IMG/VR virus record: IMGVR_UViG_3300021400_000062
Location: 1-64,000 of that record
Length of the DNA: 64,000 nt
Direction: 5' to 3' (one strand)
Origin: a virus
Lineage: Duplodnaviria; Caudoviricetes
Made by a program: the position numbers and the translations under genes. Below the pieces are notes generated by a model. That model saw nothing but the letters and a program-made list of their open reading frames with translations, did not search any database and was not told where the DNA came from. Shown in pieces: positions 9,301 through 20,286 of this stretch; the first letter of the stretch is position 1, and every line of letters begins with the position of its first letter.

Positions 9301-12300
9301 ACATTCTCGCAGATAGAGGGATTTGGTATTGTATCTAATCTTGCAACGCAGGAATCAACAAACAAGAATGGTGTTGAAGATTTCTCTGTAATTGATGATA
9401 TAGGTATTGATGCTGATGATTTAACATCTTCAATTGACTATGACGCCATACTTGATGAAATAGGGAATATACAGGAACATTGGCAAATTGAATCAAGAAC
9501 AATAGATGTGCTTAATAGTGCAACAGCCCTTGTAAAAGATGCTCTCGGTAAATGCTACATAGTAAGAGCTATAGATACTGTTGATGAGAATGGCAATAAA
9601 GTAAGAAGCTATGAGAGAATGAGGTCAAAGTGGGGTGTTGAATTGAGAATGACCCCAAGAGATGCTACAAGCTCAATATTGAGATGGGCAAGAGGCTCTA
9701 TGAACATAAATGATATGATTGCCAAGCTCAAAGAAAAGGAAGATGCCAATCCTTGGGTTAATCAGATAATAGAAAAGCTTGAAGATAAGAGTGGTAACCA
9801 AACGCAATTCCAAAGCCAGTTCTTCAAGGTTTTTGAAAAACACTTCCAAGTATATTCTGTTGTTTCTTGGGATAATGAGAAAAAGAAGTATGTATCAAAG
9901 ATTGTAAATGAAAGACCGGCGCTTAAGGAAGCAAGAGACCTTATTAGGAATGGTTACGAATCTGGAAGTTCTCCAATATTTACAGACAAGAAAGTAAATA
10001 CAAGAGCACTGAAAGAGCTTGAAGATATATATAAGGATACACTTAAATACAGAGATGCAAGGTTGGATGATATTGATGATGCAACAAGAGAGGTGTTGTC
10101 AAATGCAATATCTGTATTTGTTAATGAGTTCGGATATTACATATCACCGGAACTAACGCTTTCATCACTCAATGGAAACAACTTTAAGAACATAGTAAAT
10201 ACTATGGGATTTATAGTTGCAAACCTGAAGGAAGGAGCATCACTTGAATCCAGAGGAAAGCAATATAATCCATTCAAGTTTGGTGAAAGCTATTCAATAT
10301 CGGGAAATATAAAGCAACTGCTCACACCGCTTACAGAGGCTCTTGAGGATACTGCAATAACATCATTCTATGATAATGGAAAGATGTATCAATCATATGT
10401 TACTCCATCATTCCTTTCAAAGATGTTTATACAGTTTGGTTCTGATGATGCATCTTTCAAGGAATTTATATCAAAGGAGTATGCTGGAGAGGATTGGTTT
10501 AGAGACCAAAGCAAGGATGAAAGCGTTGCAAGTAGCTGGAGGAATGTTTGGCTTCAGATATTATCTGGAATGAGCGAGCAGGAGAGAAAAGAAATATTCT
10601 CTCACAAGGTTCAGCTCAACTTTAATAAGAAAAGTTATATGAGAGGAATGAGTGATACAGAATATATAATGTCATTCATTTCTGAATATTTCTCTGCTGG
10701 AAAGATATTGGATAGAGATGTTGCTTGGTACAGAATACCAATAATGTCAAATAAACCATCAGCTGAATTCATAAGGTTTATAAGATATTCTGGCCCTGAA
10801 TATAAGTCTGAAATCATTTCTGGAATGAAGAAGATTTTCAATCAGGAAATCTCAAGAATCCAGACCGTAAAAATGATGGAAGAGCAGGGTTCGGAAGTGC
10901 AAATAAGCAATCTAAATGAGAAGGGCAAGGATTTTCAGTTCCTCAGCTTTCTTAATGAAGAAAGAAGTAATGGAACAGAGCTTGGAAAGCTTATTGACAA
11001 GAAGATAAATGGTGAAGCAACAACAGATGATGAAGCAAGAATAGACAGGCTGCTTACAGGATATACAGATGAAAGTGGTAATTTCATTATTGGTTCAATC
11101 CAGAAAGGAATGGATGCCAAAGCAGATGAAATAATAAAAGAGTGGAAGAGAATAGGTATATTCGATAATCTTGATTCAATAGAAGGCATAAATTCTGGAT
11201 TTGCTAATAAGGAAGAAGCTATAAGGAACTTTATATGGAATGATACATTTGCAGCAATGAATATATTGCAACTGACAATCACAGATATGGCATTATATTC
11301 AAGCGCTGAAGATATTCAAAAGAGACTTGCCCAGCTTCACTCACCTGGTCTTATGGCAAATGAATTCGCTACAGACTTTGATGGAAATTTAGTGAGTGGT
11401 GATGGTACAATAAAGAGTATTGTTCTTGATGATTTTGAGGGGGTAAAGAGTAATATAATAGAAAATCTTTCTGTGGTATTTGACAGGAAGATAAAAGCAG
11501 CAAGAGCAAGAGGTAATGAACAGGAAGCAAAAGGCTGGGAAGTAACAAAAGATTCCATAATAAAGCAGTTTGAAGATATAAATGTAACAGATGGTCAGGC
11601 ATTCAAGTCAATATCTGCTGCAAGGAAGAATGCATTTATGTTTGGTACTTGGACAAGGGAAAATGAAGCCTTGTTCAATAAGCTCAAGAATCCTGCAAAA
11701 TATGGAGAGTATACATATCAAGATGTAAAGAATGCATTTACTCAACCAAGAAAGCCATTTGCTTATGGTATGATATCAAAGCAGCTTGATGTTGAGAATG
11801 CTCCACTATCATCAATAAGGAAGGGTGTTCAATATAAGAACTCTGAATACCTTCTGATTCTTGCAGATGCAATACTGAAAGATGAAGATACGGGCATGCC
11901 AAATATGCTAAAGGTTATTGCAGATTTCATGGAAATGACATATGATAGGTTTGGATATGATGGTATTGATACGGTCATGTTCAAGTCGTGTGTCAAGACT
12001 GGTATAGGTAATACCTTGAATCTCAACCAATTTCTTGGAATGAATTCAAAGGAAGGATATGATGCTGCATACAAATATTTGGTTGATAATGTTATAGTAG
12101 ATGGAAAGTATAACGACCTTTATGTCGACAGGCTTAAGATAAGAGATTATAGTGAGCAACAGGATATTCCAGAACACTTTAAAGAACACTTTCAAGCGTT
12201 TGGTTCACAGCTTAGATATATTATTCCATCAGACCTTGAGGTATCTGATGATAACGGAAATCCAGTAAGATACTCATTTAACGATAATGGAGTAACAAAA

Positions 12301-15300
12301 GAACTCGATGCAAAACAATTTAGAAAGGAATATGAAGAAACAATATCTCAAAATATAGAGGAAGACATAGCACATCTTCAGCAAGAGCTTGGCCTTGGAG
12401 ATTATTATATATCAAAAGCAGACAGAAATGTTGCAATATCAAAGATTCTTCAAAGAGAAATTCTGAACAATCCATCAAGATATGGTATTGATATGCTTCA
12501 GGCTTGCTCTGTTGATGAAAACGGTAACTTCAGAATTCCGCTTAATGACCCTATCCAATCAAAGAGGATTGAGCAATTGCTCAACTCTGTTATAAAGAAG
12601 ATGGTTAATAAGCAAGAGATTGCTGGTGGCCCCGTTGTTCAGGTGAGTAACTTTGGAACATCAAGAAGATTGAGTATTGTATTCAAAGATAAGGCTGGGA
12701 ATGAGATAAGGAAGAATGATTATAAACCCGAGGAACATGACGGAAAATCATTTGAAGAGTGGCTTGCTGAAAATCAAGATGGAATAGCATACTATGAAGC
12801 TTTTGCACCAATATATTCAGATGAGCTTTTGAAGTTCTGTGATAAGAGTGGATTCATAAACATAGAGGCAATAGAGAGGGTTAATCCAGACCTTCTCAAG
12901 ATGATTGGATATAGAATTCCATCAGAGGATAAGTATAGTGTAATGCCAATAAAGATTGTTGGTTTTCTGCCAAGAGAAGCTGGAGATGCACTTATGCTTC
13001 CTTATGAAATAACAACAATCACTGGTGCAGACTTTGATATTGATAAGATATATCTTGTAAGAAAACAAATAGAACTTACAAGAGGTCTTGAGCAGGCAAT
13101 AAAGGATGAACTCAAGCCAAACAAGAAGGATGAAGAATCAATAAAAGCATATCTTAAAGAAAGGGGTAAGAGATTAAGAGCTCACTTATCATCTGTCCTT
13201 CCTGAAGATATACTTACACAGGAAGAAAAGGATGAGATAGCAAGAAAGATTGATGAGGAAGATATTATATATAAGGATAAGGATGGTAATGAAGTAAGGA
13301 GAAAATCAATAAACCAAAGACTTCTTGATGTTGGTGAAATACACTCAAAGAATGTTGACAGGATAAATGAAATTTATAACAAGAAGTCTGATGAGAATGA
13401 AAGCAAGAATCAGTCAGAAGAAAAGTATAACAAGAGACAGGATTCTCTTGACAAGCAGCTTGATGAAAAGATTGCAGAAGAGCAAGCTGAATATGAGCAG
13501 AGAATAAAAGATATACAGACAGAGAGAGCAAGAAGATACACAAAAGAGCTCGAAATAGCCAATAAAAACAAGAAATATGAGAGGATTACAGAGTTCTTAA
13601 AGGGTGATATATTTGCAAAATCAGAAGACCCTATACAGAATCTGCTCAGAGATAAATATCTTGAGTTCAGGTATGGAGCAACTGTAAAGAGTGAAGGCAG
13701 AGCATACCGTGATAATAAGATATTTGATATGTCTTGGGCAACACTCACCCATGCAACAACAACAGACAAGATACTTAATCCCGGTGGTTTTGACCCACAG
13801 AAGAGAGTTGGGTATGCAGTGACTGCATATAAACTTGGTGCAAAGAAAGCTGATGGTACACCATACACTCTTGATGAGCTTGAACAAATGTCTTCATCAG
13901 AGCTTAAAAAACTTTGCTATAGGGATAAAAATATAGTATTTATTGATACCCATGCGCAATTCTATAAGCAAAATTCAGCTGCTGGACAGATACTTGGAAT
14001 ATTTGCAGTAGCAAAGACTGCACATACTGCGCTTGAAGGGTATGGCTATGCAATAGATATTGATAACGCTCTTGACTTGCATAGTGGTAAAATATCAATA
14101 TTTGGAAGAACGTTTGGAGGTCTTATTGATATTGATAAAAAGATAAACTTCTCTGGAGAAAGAATAAGCAAGATACTTGGTAGTCTTGTTGCTTCAGCAG
14201 CAGATGCTGTAAAAGACCCGGTTCTCAATCTTATGAACATTAATGCAGATACTGTAAATGTTCTTAACATTGCAATAAGAATGGGTATTCCATTTGAAGA
14301 TATTGCACATATTCTCTCAACAAAGACAATATCTGATGCTCTTGAAGAATACAACAAGAGAAAGCTTAACGATAGTAGTATTACTCTAAATAGTGTAATA
14401 TCTGAAAAAATAAGGAAGTTTGAAAAAGATAATAAGATTAAATATAAGATAAAGGGGCAAACTTATTACTCAAAACTTTACACAGAAGACCTTTCAAAAG
14501 AAGAGGTTGAAAATGCAATAGCGGGAAAAACAACAAGAGAGTCAGAATACAAGATATTAAAGGCATATGAAAGATTCTCAAAAATAGCAAATGAAGCAAG
14601 AGGCCTTGACTTCTGCACAAGATTCAACTCTATAGCAAATGCTATGGGTCCGCTTGTTGTTGATAATATTGCAAAGGAATATAAGTTCAACCATTTCGGA
14701 GATAATGTTTATAAGAAAACCGAAGGATTCTCTTTCAATGGACAACTTGTTGGTATTGGTGATGTTATAAATATTGATGGAAAGGTCATTGTTATTGATG
14801 ATAATACATTACCACAACTTATCAATAGTGAAATTATCTCAAGAACACCAACAAGAACAAGAAAGATAACACAATATGATGTGCTTGGAGACCACCCGAT
14901 ATTAGATTCTTTCAGCAAAACAATTGATTTGGCAAGAGAGCTTATGTCGGATTCTCCATTACATAGTCTGAATTTCAGAACAGCACTTACATTCTTCGGA
15001 GAAAATCTTACAAGAAGATTAATGTCAAAAGATTACAGGAAAGAACTTTCTTCTTTCGGTGATTTCTATCAATCTGCAATGCTTATTGAATCTGGTGCGA
15101 TAAGTATGGATGAGTTAAAATATCTCATTGAACAATTCCCAAAGGATTTCTTTGGCAAGACAAAAGTTAAGGAAAGGTATAAAAATAACACTTTGATACA
15201 AGCAATACAACCAGATGTTATAAATCTTGCTGATGGTAAAACAAGAACCGTGCTTTCAATAAAGACAACAGGTCTTGATGCAACGCAGAAAGAAGCACTT

Positions 15301-16041
15301 ATGATGGGCTGGGCAGAGCTTGAAAAGGTTAATCCAAAACTATCAAGGCTATTGTTTAAGTATGCATTTTTCAAAGGTGGAATAGGATTCAGCCCAAAGA
15401 GCTTTATGAACCTTGCTCCAGTTCCAGTAAAGACAGCATTTAAAGAATATGTAGATACATTTGTAAATGGTCAAGAAGTAGTTCCGGAAGAAGTTGTTGT
15501 TAATTTTATAAGGAATAACGCAAACAACAGAAAGCTTGTTCCAGTGATAAAAGAACCAAAGTTTAAAAAATCTGGAGCATATTATGTAACATCAGACTAT
15601 AGTGCATCAAGACTTGATTTCTTTAAGATTTCAGACAGCCCTTCATCTATGATATTTAGAAAAGTGATGACAGATTTAAATAATAATTCATATTATGAAG
15701 CAATCAAGCCACTTGGAAATAATGGTGAATATTTTGAATATAGCAAGTCGCCAATAAATGAAGATGCTATAAATAGTGAAACAGAGCAAAACAATGGAAT
15801 AGAAAATATAGCTGATGAAACACCGGTTGTTGAGTCTGTTGATAATTCTGATTTTGATGCTGCTTCAGCACTTAGGTTACTGTTTACAGATAAAACGATA
15901 GAAGCTCACAAGAACTATTCTCAAGAAAAGAAGGATGAAACAAGAGAGCAATATATAAAATATATTGATGATAATCTTAAGAAAAAAGGTCTCGAATTAA
16001 ATAGAGAACAGCTTGAAGAAGTTTACAAAATATTCTGCTAA
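6370..16041 (+). CDS. Giant virion-packaged DNA-dependent RNA polymerase (crAss-type) with N-terminal ART-like and zincin domains
   Basis: GADFDIDK catalytic motif (13030-13044), YRIP motif, NVTDGQ; HEVMH at 7993-8007; VVDENGEPLVVYHG...NPNQIKSA ART-like segment; 3223 aa. Confidence 0.9.
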   Translation: MACIIRDKSFNQIVDILDIHPDSLEEIIKEWRKDIKARQDAFPSIDYIREQISAKDNFVEDHLLEKATKIWQEKFSQPAIFDSREDAETYKEGANKFFVQDASYIKRTKDGKYEVTVSEPQETLESIEKEMQSIKDAAEKNGTFMKAPNGKDTNLTERQWLQVRTKNFKNWFGDWEKQFVVYQGRKSNKDGRKFNYYTIDKNEASRYGNNLESKTIDTTGMLSYFSNEYTKLSQEFYEKTGKRFDILDNSEDGLQTQNEFFEFIQSEGYTGFESLSEHPYLGKDFIENPYIVEFDNHEDSKSISKVVDENGEPLVVYHGSMYENDSTKYGNWSNNTLSYATYFSPKKYGRATNYYAAFLNIKNLLVTDLDLIQEGIQDESNFKKYIAERNYDGAISEDGSEIIVTNPNQIKSATENRGTFSTEDNNIYSEGEIVPSSGERDTRLRGLWDKNKTEETKMTELLSLIDENSEFSGIIDLLKTKKDGRKSLLSDVKVKVVDTDVIKTRKNDFGGRRAYYNASEKTIYIDSSAQYANGNADSVILHEVMHAITVNRILGNSKFRAEFDKIIDEYNNNFRNYRYRKTTIAGKENAHYMEEFIADIWSNRNTIENLKSIKTNDNLTLWDKIKNFFTRIFAGSNGTLMAKASDAIYRLLDEPEITRSRDKYYENERFSERQNIAEQERQYITERIEFSNEDYSKLPQNEKAEFYNAIVDFENGDYKDVNVKYSELKKYDKDGLLSKVLSSLYNLDGIDRYDKKTSSVSMPEPIFKLYKLVSRNKELFDSFGNKNGDISYIIEDLLSESLGVMYSYEDSRQGKLFDENGKPVKFVENRQDAEENNIPQAIRKTNEGYVKQSAKFNREVDNLLDGTLVSPLEVRDVAVQVAYKIHDIIGDLIDNPDKIFTEEKFGKQDEKNIEEAKKRIAGMSHKELVQYIGARNLLNYVRAQMFELPQGNWTFDMFDQADLYAANFDALIKIGMSTFSQIEGFGIVSNLATQESTNKNGVEDFSVIDDIGIDADDLTSSIDYDAILDEIGNIQEHWQIESRTIDVLNSATALVKDALGKCYIVRAIDTVDENGNKVRSYERMRSKWGVELRMTPRDATSSILRWARGSMNINDMIAKLKEKEDANPWVNQIIEKLEDKSGNQTQFQSQFFKVFEKHFQVYSVVSWDNEKKKYVSKIVNERPALKEARDLIRNGYESGSSPIFTDKKVNTRALKELEDIYKDTLKYRDARLDDIDDATREVLSNAISVFVNEFGYYISPELTLSSLNGNNFKNIVNTMGFIVANLKEGASLESRGKQYNPFKFGESYSISGNIKQLLTPLTEALEDTAITSFYDNGKMYQSYVTPSFLSKMFIQFGSDDASFKEFISKEYAGEDWFRDQSKDESVASSWRNVWLQILSGMSEQERKEIFSHKVQLNFNKKSYMRGMSDTEYIMSFISEYFSAGKILDRDVAWYRIPIMSNKPSAEFIRFIRYSGPEYKSEIISGMKKIFNQEISRIQTVKMMEEQGSEVQISNLNEKGKDFQFLSFLNEERSNGTELGKLIDKKINGEATTDDEARIDRLLTGYTDESGNFIIGSIQKGMDAKADEIIKEWKRIGIFDNLDSIEGINSGFANKEEAIRNFIWNDTFAAMNILQLTITDMALYSSAEDIQKRLAQLHSPGLMANEFATDFDGNLVSGDGTIKSIVLDDFEGVKSNIIENLSVVFDRKIKAARARGNEQEAKGWEVTKDSIIKQFEDINVTDGQAFKSISAARKNAFMFGTWTRENEALFNKLKNPAKYGEYTYQDVKNAFTQPRKPFAYGMISKQLDVENAPLSSIRKGVQYKNSEYLLILADAILKDEDTGMPNMLKVIADFMEMTYDRFGYDGIDTVMFKSCVKTGIGNTLNLNQFLGMNSKEGYDAAYKYLVDNVIVDGKYNDLYVDRLKIRDYSEQQDIPEHFKEHFQAFGSQLRYIIPSDLEVSDDNGNPVRYSFNDNGVTKELDAKQFRKEYEETISQNIEEDIAHLQQELGLGDYYISKADRNVAISKILQREILNNPSRYGIDMLQACSVDENGNFRIPLNDPIQSKRIEQLLNSVIKKMVNKQEIAGGPVVQVSNFGTSRRLSIVFKDKAGNEIRKNDYKPEEHDGKSFEEWLAENQDGIAYYEAFAPIYSDELLKFCDKSGFINIEAIERVNPDLLKMIGYRIPSEDKYSVMPIKIVGFLPREAGDALMLPYEITTITGADFDIDKIYLVRKQIELTRGLEQAIKDELKPNKKDEESIKAYLKERGKRLRAHLSSVLPEDILTQEEKDEIARKIDEEDIIYKDKDGNEVRRKSINQRLLDVGEIHSKNVDRINEIYNKKSDENESKNQSEEKYNKRQDSLDKQLDEKIAEEQAEYEQRIKDIQTERARRYTKELEIANKNKKYERITEFLKGDIFAKSEDPIQNLLRDKYLEFRYGATVKSEGRAYRDNKIFDMSWATLTHATTTDKILNPGGFDPQKRVGYAVTAYKLGAKKADGTPYTLDELEQMSSSELKKLCYRDKNIVFIDTHAQFYKQNSAAGQILGIFAVAKTAHTALEGYGYAIDIDNALDLHSGKISIFGRTFGGLIDIDKKINFSGERISKILGSLVASAADAVKDPVLNLMNINADTVNVLNIAIRMGIPFEDIAHILSTKTISDALEEYNKRKLNDSSITLNSVISEKIRKFEKDNKIKYKIKGQTYYSKLYTEDLSKEEVENAIAGKTTRESEYKILKAYERFSKIANEARGLDFCTRFNSIANAMGPLVVDNIAKEYKFNHFGDNVYKKTEGFSFNGQLVGIGDVINIDGKVIVIDDNTLPQLINSEIISRTPTRTRKITQYDVLGDHPILDSFSKTIDLARELMSDSPLHSLNFRTALTFFGENLTRRLMSKDYRKELSSFGDFYQSAMLIESGAISMDELKYLIEQFPKDFFGKTKVKERYKNNTLIQAIQPDVINLADGKTRTVLSIKTTGLDATQKEALMMGWAELEKVNPKLSRLLFKYAFFKGGIGFSPKSFMNLAPVPVKTAFKEYVDTFVNGQEVVPEEVVVNFIRNNANNRKLVPVIKEPKFKKSGAYYVTSDYSASRLDFFKISDSPSSMIFRKVMTDLNNNSYYEAIKPLGNNGEYFEYSKSPINEDAINSETEQNNGIENIADETPVVESVDNSDFDAASALRLLFTDKTIEAHKNYSQEKKDETREQYIKYIDDNLKKKGLELNREQLEEVYKIFC

Positions 16042-16052
16042 ATTTGTATATT

Positions 16053-19000
16053 ATGAGCAATAGAGCAAAAAAAGTAATAAGGAGATTCAATCAATGGAAC
16101 AAGGGTTATTGTATAATAGCCCCATCTGTAACAATAATTGATAGCAAGGGAAAAACACACGAAGAACACAGTGTTTTATACAAACACCTTCATGATTTTG
16201 TGCAGGATAAGGGTATTATAAACCTTTTGTATGCATCATATCTACAAAGCGGCGTTGCAGAAAGTATGGATAATGCTGGATTCGAGAGAAACTATCAGGG
16301 AGAGCATGATGCAAAAGATGTTTGGACATATTTTAATATGGACAAATTCATGAAAGACCAAGAACAAGCTGTTTATTCATTGTCAAGAGAAGCTGGTGTA
16401 GTAAACTATAAGGGTGAAAATGTTTTGTTTGAAGATGCTGAAGAAGCATTATCAAAAGCAAAGGCATTCAATGATAAACATGATGGATATGTTGCATCTA
16501 TATATCAACATGAAGATAGATTTGAAATTATTATAGACAAAACAAATTCAAGAACATATAGAAACAAAGGAGAGGTTAATAGATATCTTTCAATATGGGA
16601 TTCTTTAAAAGCTGGTCTTGAATCTCAGGGTGTTGATGTTAATTCTCTTAAAGATGTTGCACCAACACTTGTAACGCCTATGAAAGCAAGTGAATTTCTA
16701 TCCTATATTTATAGGATACAATCTGCATCTGGAAAAACCCTAACACATCAGGACATAAGAGTTCTTATGGAGCTTGGAAAGGACAAACCATATGTTCAAA
16801 GAATGGAACAAAAGTGGGGCAATGATAAGGATGTTATAGCAGATAAAATACTTGAAGTAATCAATGGCACATCGAATGAAACAGAAACAACACAAAGCTT
16901 TGTAAGGGCATCACTATCAAAACTACAAGATAAATCATTGCTAAATGTTACACCAATACAACAGGCTGTTAATGATGCTGGAAGAACAGCATATAATGCT
17001 AAAGAATTTGAGGTATCAAGAACAATGAAAGACCTTAATGCTCAATATGGTATTGGCTCAGATGTTATACAGTCAACAAACTCTAAAATATCTAAACTTT
17101 CAGATGCTGCAACAGAGATAGCAATAGCAAAAAATAGAGAGCTTTCTGTATTGAAATCAAGAAAGGGTGTAAAAGATGATACTATATTAAGTAAAGAAGA
17201 AGAGCTTGAAGAATCGTTGGATAATCTGTCAAATGGTAAATTTGTAAAAAGTTGTAGTAGCTTCTTAAGGGAAGCAAACAACTATATACCAATGATGCAG
17301 ACCGCAATAGAAAGTGTAAAACAAGCACAAACAAATCTTGAATACCAAGCAAATAGGGCAAGGGTGTTGCAGAGGGCTAAAAATTTTGTAAAGCAATATA
17401 AGAGTATAGTAGAATCTTTGTGCTCGACAGATAATCTTAAAATTGATGAAAATGTAAGAAAGTCTGATATAGAACTGTTGACAAGCACGGCATCAGAAGT
17501 TCTAAAGAATCTTACAAGATTTGAAAATGAGCTCAATAATATAATAACAAGCACTGTAACAGACACTTTTATAGACATTCTTGGAGATACTGTTTATAAC
17601 GGAATGTCTGTTGCTGATATTGTTCAGATGTCTATAGCAGATTCAACAATGATGGATTATCTATACTCTTTAAGTAGGGTGTCAAATCCATTGATTGCTG
17701 GACTTAACGGTATTATAAGAGATGCTAATGATAAGAGAGATAAGATGCTTTTGGGCTTTTCTGATGAAATACAAAAAGCAACAAAAAAACTTTTCTCATC
17801 TGGACACAAAGATACATACTTTATGTATGGTGATAATGGAAGAGTTGTCAGCAACTATGACTGGGATGAATATTATCACCAAATGTACATGCATAAAAAA
17901 TTCCTTGCAAAAGAGGGCGGCCTTAGTGGTGTAGCGCTTGAGCTTGCTATGAAGGAGTGGGAGAAAAACAACACGGAGGAGCTTGTTGTTGATAAAATTT
18001 CCGGAAGAACAGAAATGGTTCCAAAACTCAGTATGTATCATATAAAGGGCTATATGGATGTTGGTGGTATACAAATGCCGGTAGATATTGAGTTTGATAG
18101 AAATTGGGATGCTGCACAAAGAGAATATTATAAAACAATGATGGATATAAAGGGTAGAATTGGCACCCTGTTTCCAGAATATGCACAAAAGCAATTCTAT
18201 GCACCACAAGTAAGAATGAACAAGATAAATCTTATGAGAGAGGTGCTTGATGGTAGAAGAAGTATATATTCTGCTGTTAAAACTCTTATCAGTAGAATGA
18301 ATCTAAATATAAAAGAAGATGATACAAGGTATGGAAAGAATGGAATTGTGCTTGATAGTGAAAGGCAGTTTATTAGAAAAGGAGATTATAACGGAGCTCC
18401 GTTAAGACAAATTCCAATATTCTATGTGAATAAACTGAATAATCAAGATGAGCTCCTTCATGATTTCTCTGGAGCATTACAGCATCTTGCATCTACTGCA
18501 TGCAATTATAATACAATAAATGAAATAAAAGACCTCGTTGAGCTTTCGGCAGATTACATAAAATCATCAAAAGTATCTCACGGTGAGGGTTTGAAAGGCT
18601 TGTTTGAAAAGGTTGAAAATGGTGATATTGAAGTATTTAAGCAGCTTGTAAAAAATAATGAAGCAACAAATACTGCCGCGCTACTTAATGGCATGATAGC
18701 CAAGGATATATATGGAGAGAAAATTAAAGACCAAGGAAAGATTGGGAGAATATTACAGGGTGTAATAAATTGGGGAACATTCAAAGCACTTATATTGAAT
18801 GTTCTTGGTGGAACATCAAACAAAATTGTTGGTGATATTCAAAACATAATAGAAGGTGTAACTGGAGAATATTTTGATATTAAAGACTTGATAAAAGCAA
18901 GGGCATATACAGCCGGTTCAAAATTATCTCCTGCAAGAATTTGGGATAATCTTACATATCAAAAGAATACACTCGGGTGTGTTCTCGAAGAATATTTTGA

Positions 19001-20234
19001 CCCGATACAAGAGGTGTATTCAGAAAAATCAAGTGAAAAATATTATGGTAGAATGTTTGACAGGCTTATTGGAAGTTTTAACAGCATGGCATTATATGCT
19101 TCTGGTGAAGCTCTCATACATCTAAACAATATGTATGCAATACTTTTCTCTGAAAAAGTAAGAAATAAAGATGGTAAGATTGTGTCGTTGTTTAATGCAC
19201 TAAAAACAACAAACAATCAAGATGGAACAGCAAAGCTTGGAATAAAAGATGGATACACAAGAATTGATGGAAGTGCTATAGATGATACTTATCTTCAAAA
19301 TATAAAACAAATAATAAGGACTGTAAATCAAAAGTGCCACGGCTCTATGAATACAGAAGATAAAGGTATAATTCATAGAGATATTGCAGGAAGAGCTGTA
19401 CTCAATTTTAAGCAATGGATGGTTGAGCATTATTCAAGAAGATATAGAGCGCTTCATTATGAAGCAGGTGCTGGAAACGTGCTTGATAGAAACTTCTTCT
19501 TAAAAACAAAAGTAATACTTGATGGAGAAAAAATAAGACTTGCTGATGCATTTACAAGATATGACCATTCTGATGGCTCATTCTCTTTAGTTCTTAAAGA
19601 TGGTGTGAAAAACCTGAAAGGACAGGATATTACAAATGAAGATATAGTAAAGATGAGAGAGAAAGCAAATGCTGACCAACACAATCAAATGGGATTCTGG
19701 TCTGATACTATTGATTATCTTGGAAACTTCTTTAAAAGAAGTAATGACATTGAGCAGAAGGCTGGTAGGAATTGGGATAATCTTTCAGATAGACAAAAAT
19801 ATAATATAAAGAGATGTGAAACTGAAATTGCTACAATAGTGTTCTTGTTTGGTCTTGGTGCTGTTATTGGTGATGAGGATGAAACAAGGGGAGATGAATG
19901 GTGGTATAGATTCTTGCAATATCAGCAAAAAAGATTGCTTCTTGATGAGTTTGCAAGCACGCCGATTGGTGCTGTTACAGAGGCAAAGAAATTTGTTGAT
20001 AGACCAACAGCTCTTACTGGAACACTATGGGATGCTGCATATCCTGTAATTGGTGCAGTTTCTGGAGACTTCTTAAAAGAGCAGGGTAGTGGAAGACACG
20101 CAGGAGAGAATAAATATTGGTATAATATAAGAAGGCATACACTACCATTCTGGTGGGATGTTGAGAAGCTGAAATATCTCGGAGAAGATAATAGTGTATT
20201 TGGTGTGTTTGACCTGAATAACTATACAAGATAA
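16053..20234 (+). CDS. Large virion/ejection-associated protein, RNAP companion
   Basis: 1393-aa ORF directly after the RNAP; helical; hydrophobic segment near the C-terminus; crAss synteny. Confidence 0.65.
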   Translation: MSNRAKKVIRRFNQWNKGYCIIAPSVTIIDSKGKTHEEHSVLYKHLHDFVQDKGIINLLYASYLQSGVAESMDNAGFERNYQGEHDAKDVWTYFNMDKFMKDQEQAVYSLSREAGVVNYKGENVLFEDAEEALSKAKAFNDKHDGYVASIYQHEDRFEIIIDKTNSRTYRNKGEVNRYLSIWDSLKAGLESQGVDVNSLKDVAPTLVTPMKASEFLSYIYRIQSASGKTLTHQDIRVLMELGKDKPYVQRMEQKWGNDKDVIADKILEVINGTSNETETTQSFVRASLSKLQDKSLLNVTPIQQAVNDAGRTAYNAKEFEVSRTMKDLNAQYGIGSDVIQSTNSKISKLSDAATEIAIAKNRELSVLKSRKGVKDDTILSKEEELEESLDNLSNGKFVKSCSSFLREANNYIPMMQTAIESVKQAQTNLEYQANRARVLQRAKNFVKQYKSIVESLCSTDNLKIDENVRKSDIELLTSTASEVLKNLTRFENELNNIITSTVTDTFIDILGDTVYNGMSVADIVQMSIADSTMMDYLYSLSRVSNPLIAGLNGIIRDANDKRDKMLLGFSDEIQKATKKLFSSGHKDTYFMYGDNGRVVSNYDWDEYYHQMYMHKKFLAKEGGLSGVALELAMKEWEKNNTEELVVDKISGRTEMVPKLSMYHIKGYMDVGGIQMPVDIEFDRNWDAAQREYYKTMMDIKGRIGTLFPEYAQKQFYAPQVRMNKINLMREVLDGRRSIYSAVKTLISRMNLNIKEDDTRYGKNGIVLDSERQFIRKGDYNGAPLRQIPIFYVNKLNNQDELLHDFSGALQHLASTACNYNTINEIKDLVELSADYIKSSKVSHGEGLKGLFEKVENGDIEVFKQLVKNNEATNTAALLNGMIAKDIYGEKIKDQGKIGRILQGVINWGTFKALILNVLGGTSNKIVGDIQNIIEGVTGEYFDIKDLIKARAYTAGSKLSPARIWDNLTYQKNTLGCVLEEYFDPIQEVYSEKSSEKYYGRMFDRLIGSFNSMALYASGEALIHLNNMYAILFSEKVRNKDGKIVSLFNALKTTNNQDGTAKLGIKDGYTRIDGSAIDDTYLQNIKQIIRTVNQKCHGSMNTEDKGIIHRDIAGRAVLNFKQWMVEHYSRRYRALHYEAGAGNVLDRNFFLKTKVILDGEKIRLADAFTRYDHSDGSFSLVLKDGVKNLKGQDITNEDIVKMREKANADQHNQMGFWSDTIDYLGNFFKRSNDIEQKAGRNWDNLSDRQKYNIKRCETEIATIVFLFGLGAVIGDEDETRGDEWWYRFLQYQQKRLLLDEFASTPIGAVTEAKKFVDRPTALTGTLWDAAYPVIGAVSGDFLKEQGSGRHAGENKYWYNIRRHTLPFWWDVEKLKYLGEDNSVFGVFDLNNYTR

Positions 20235-20237
20235 TAC

Positions 20238-20274
20238 AAATAAAGGGTGGTTGATTCCACCCTTTATTTTTTTT
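20238..20274. terminator. Bidirectional intrinsic terminator between convergent genes
   Basis: AAATAAAGGGTGG-TTGATT-CCACCCTTTATTT hairpin with A/T tracts on both sides. Confidence 0.88.
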
Positions 20275-20286
20275 ATTATCAATTAA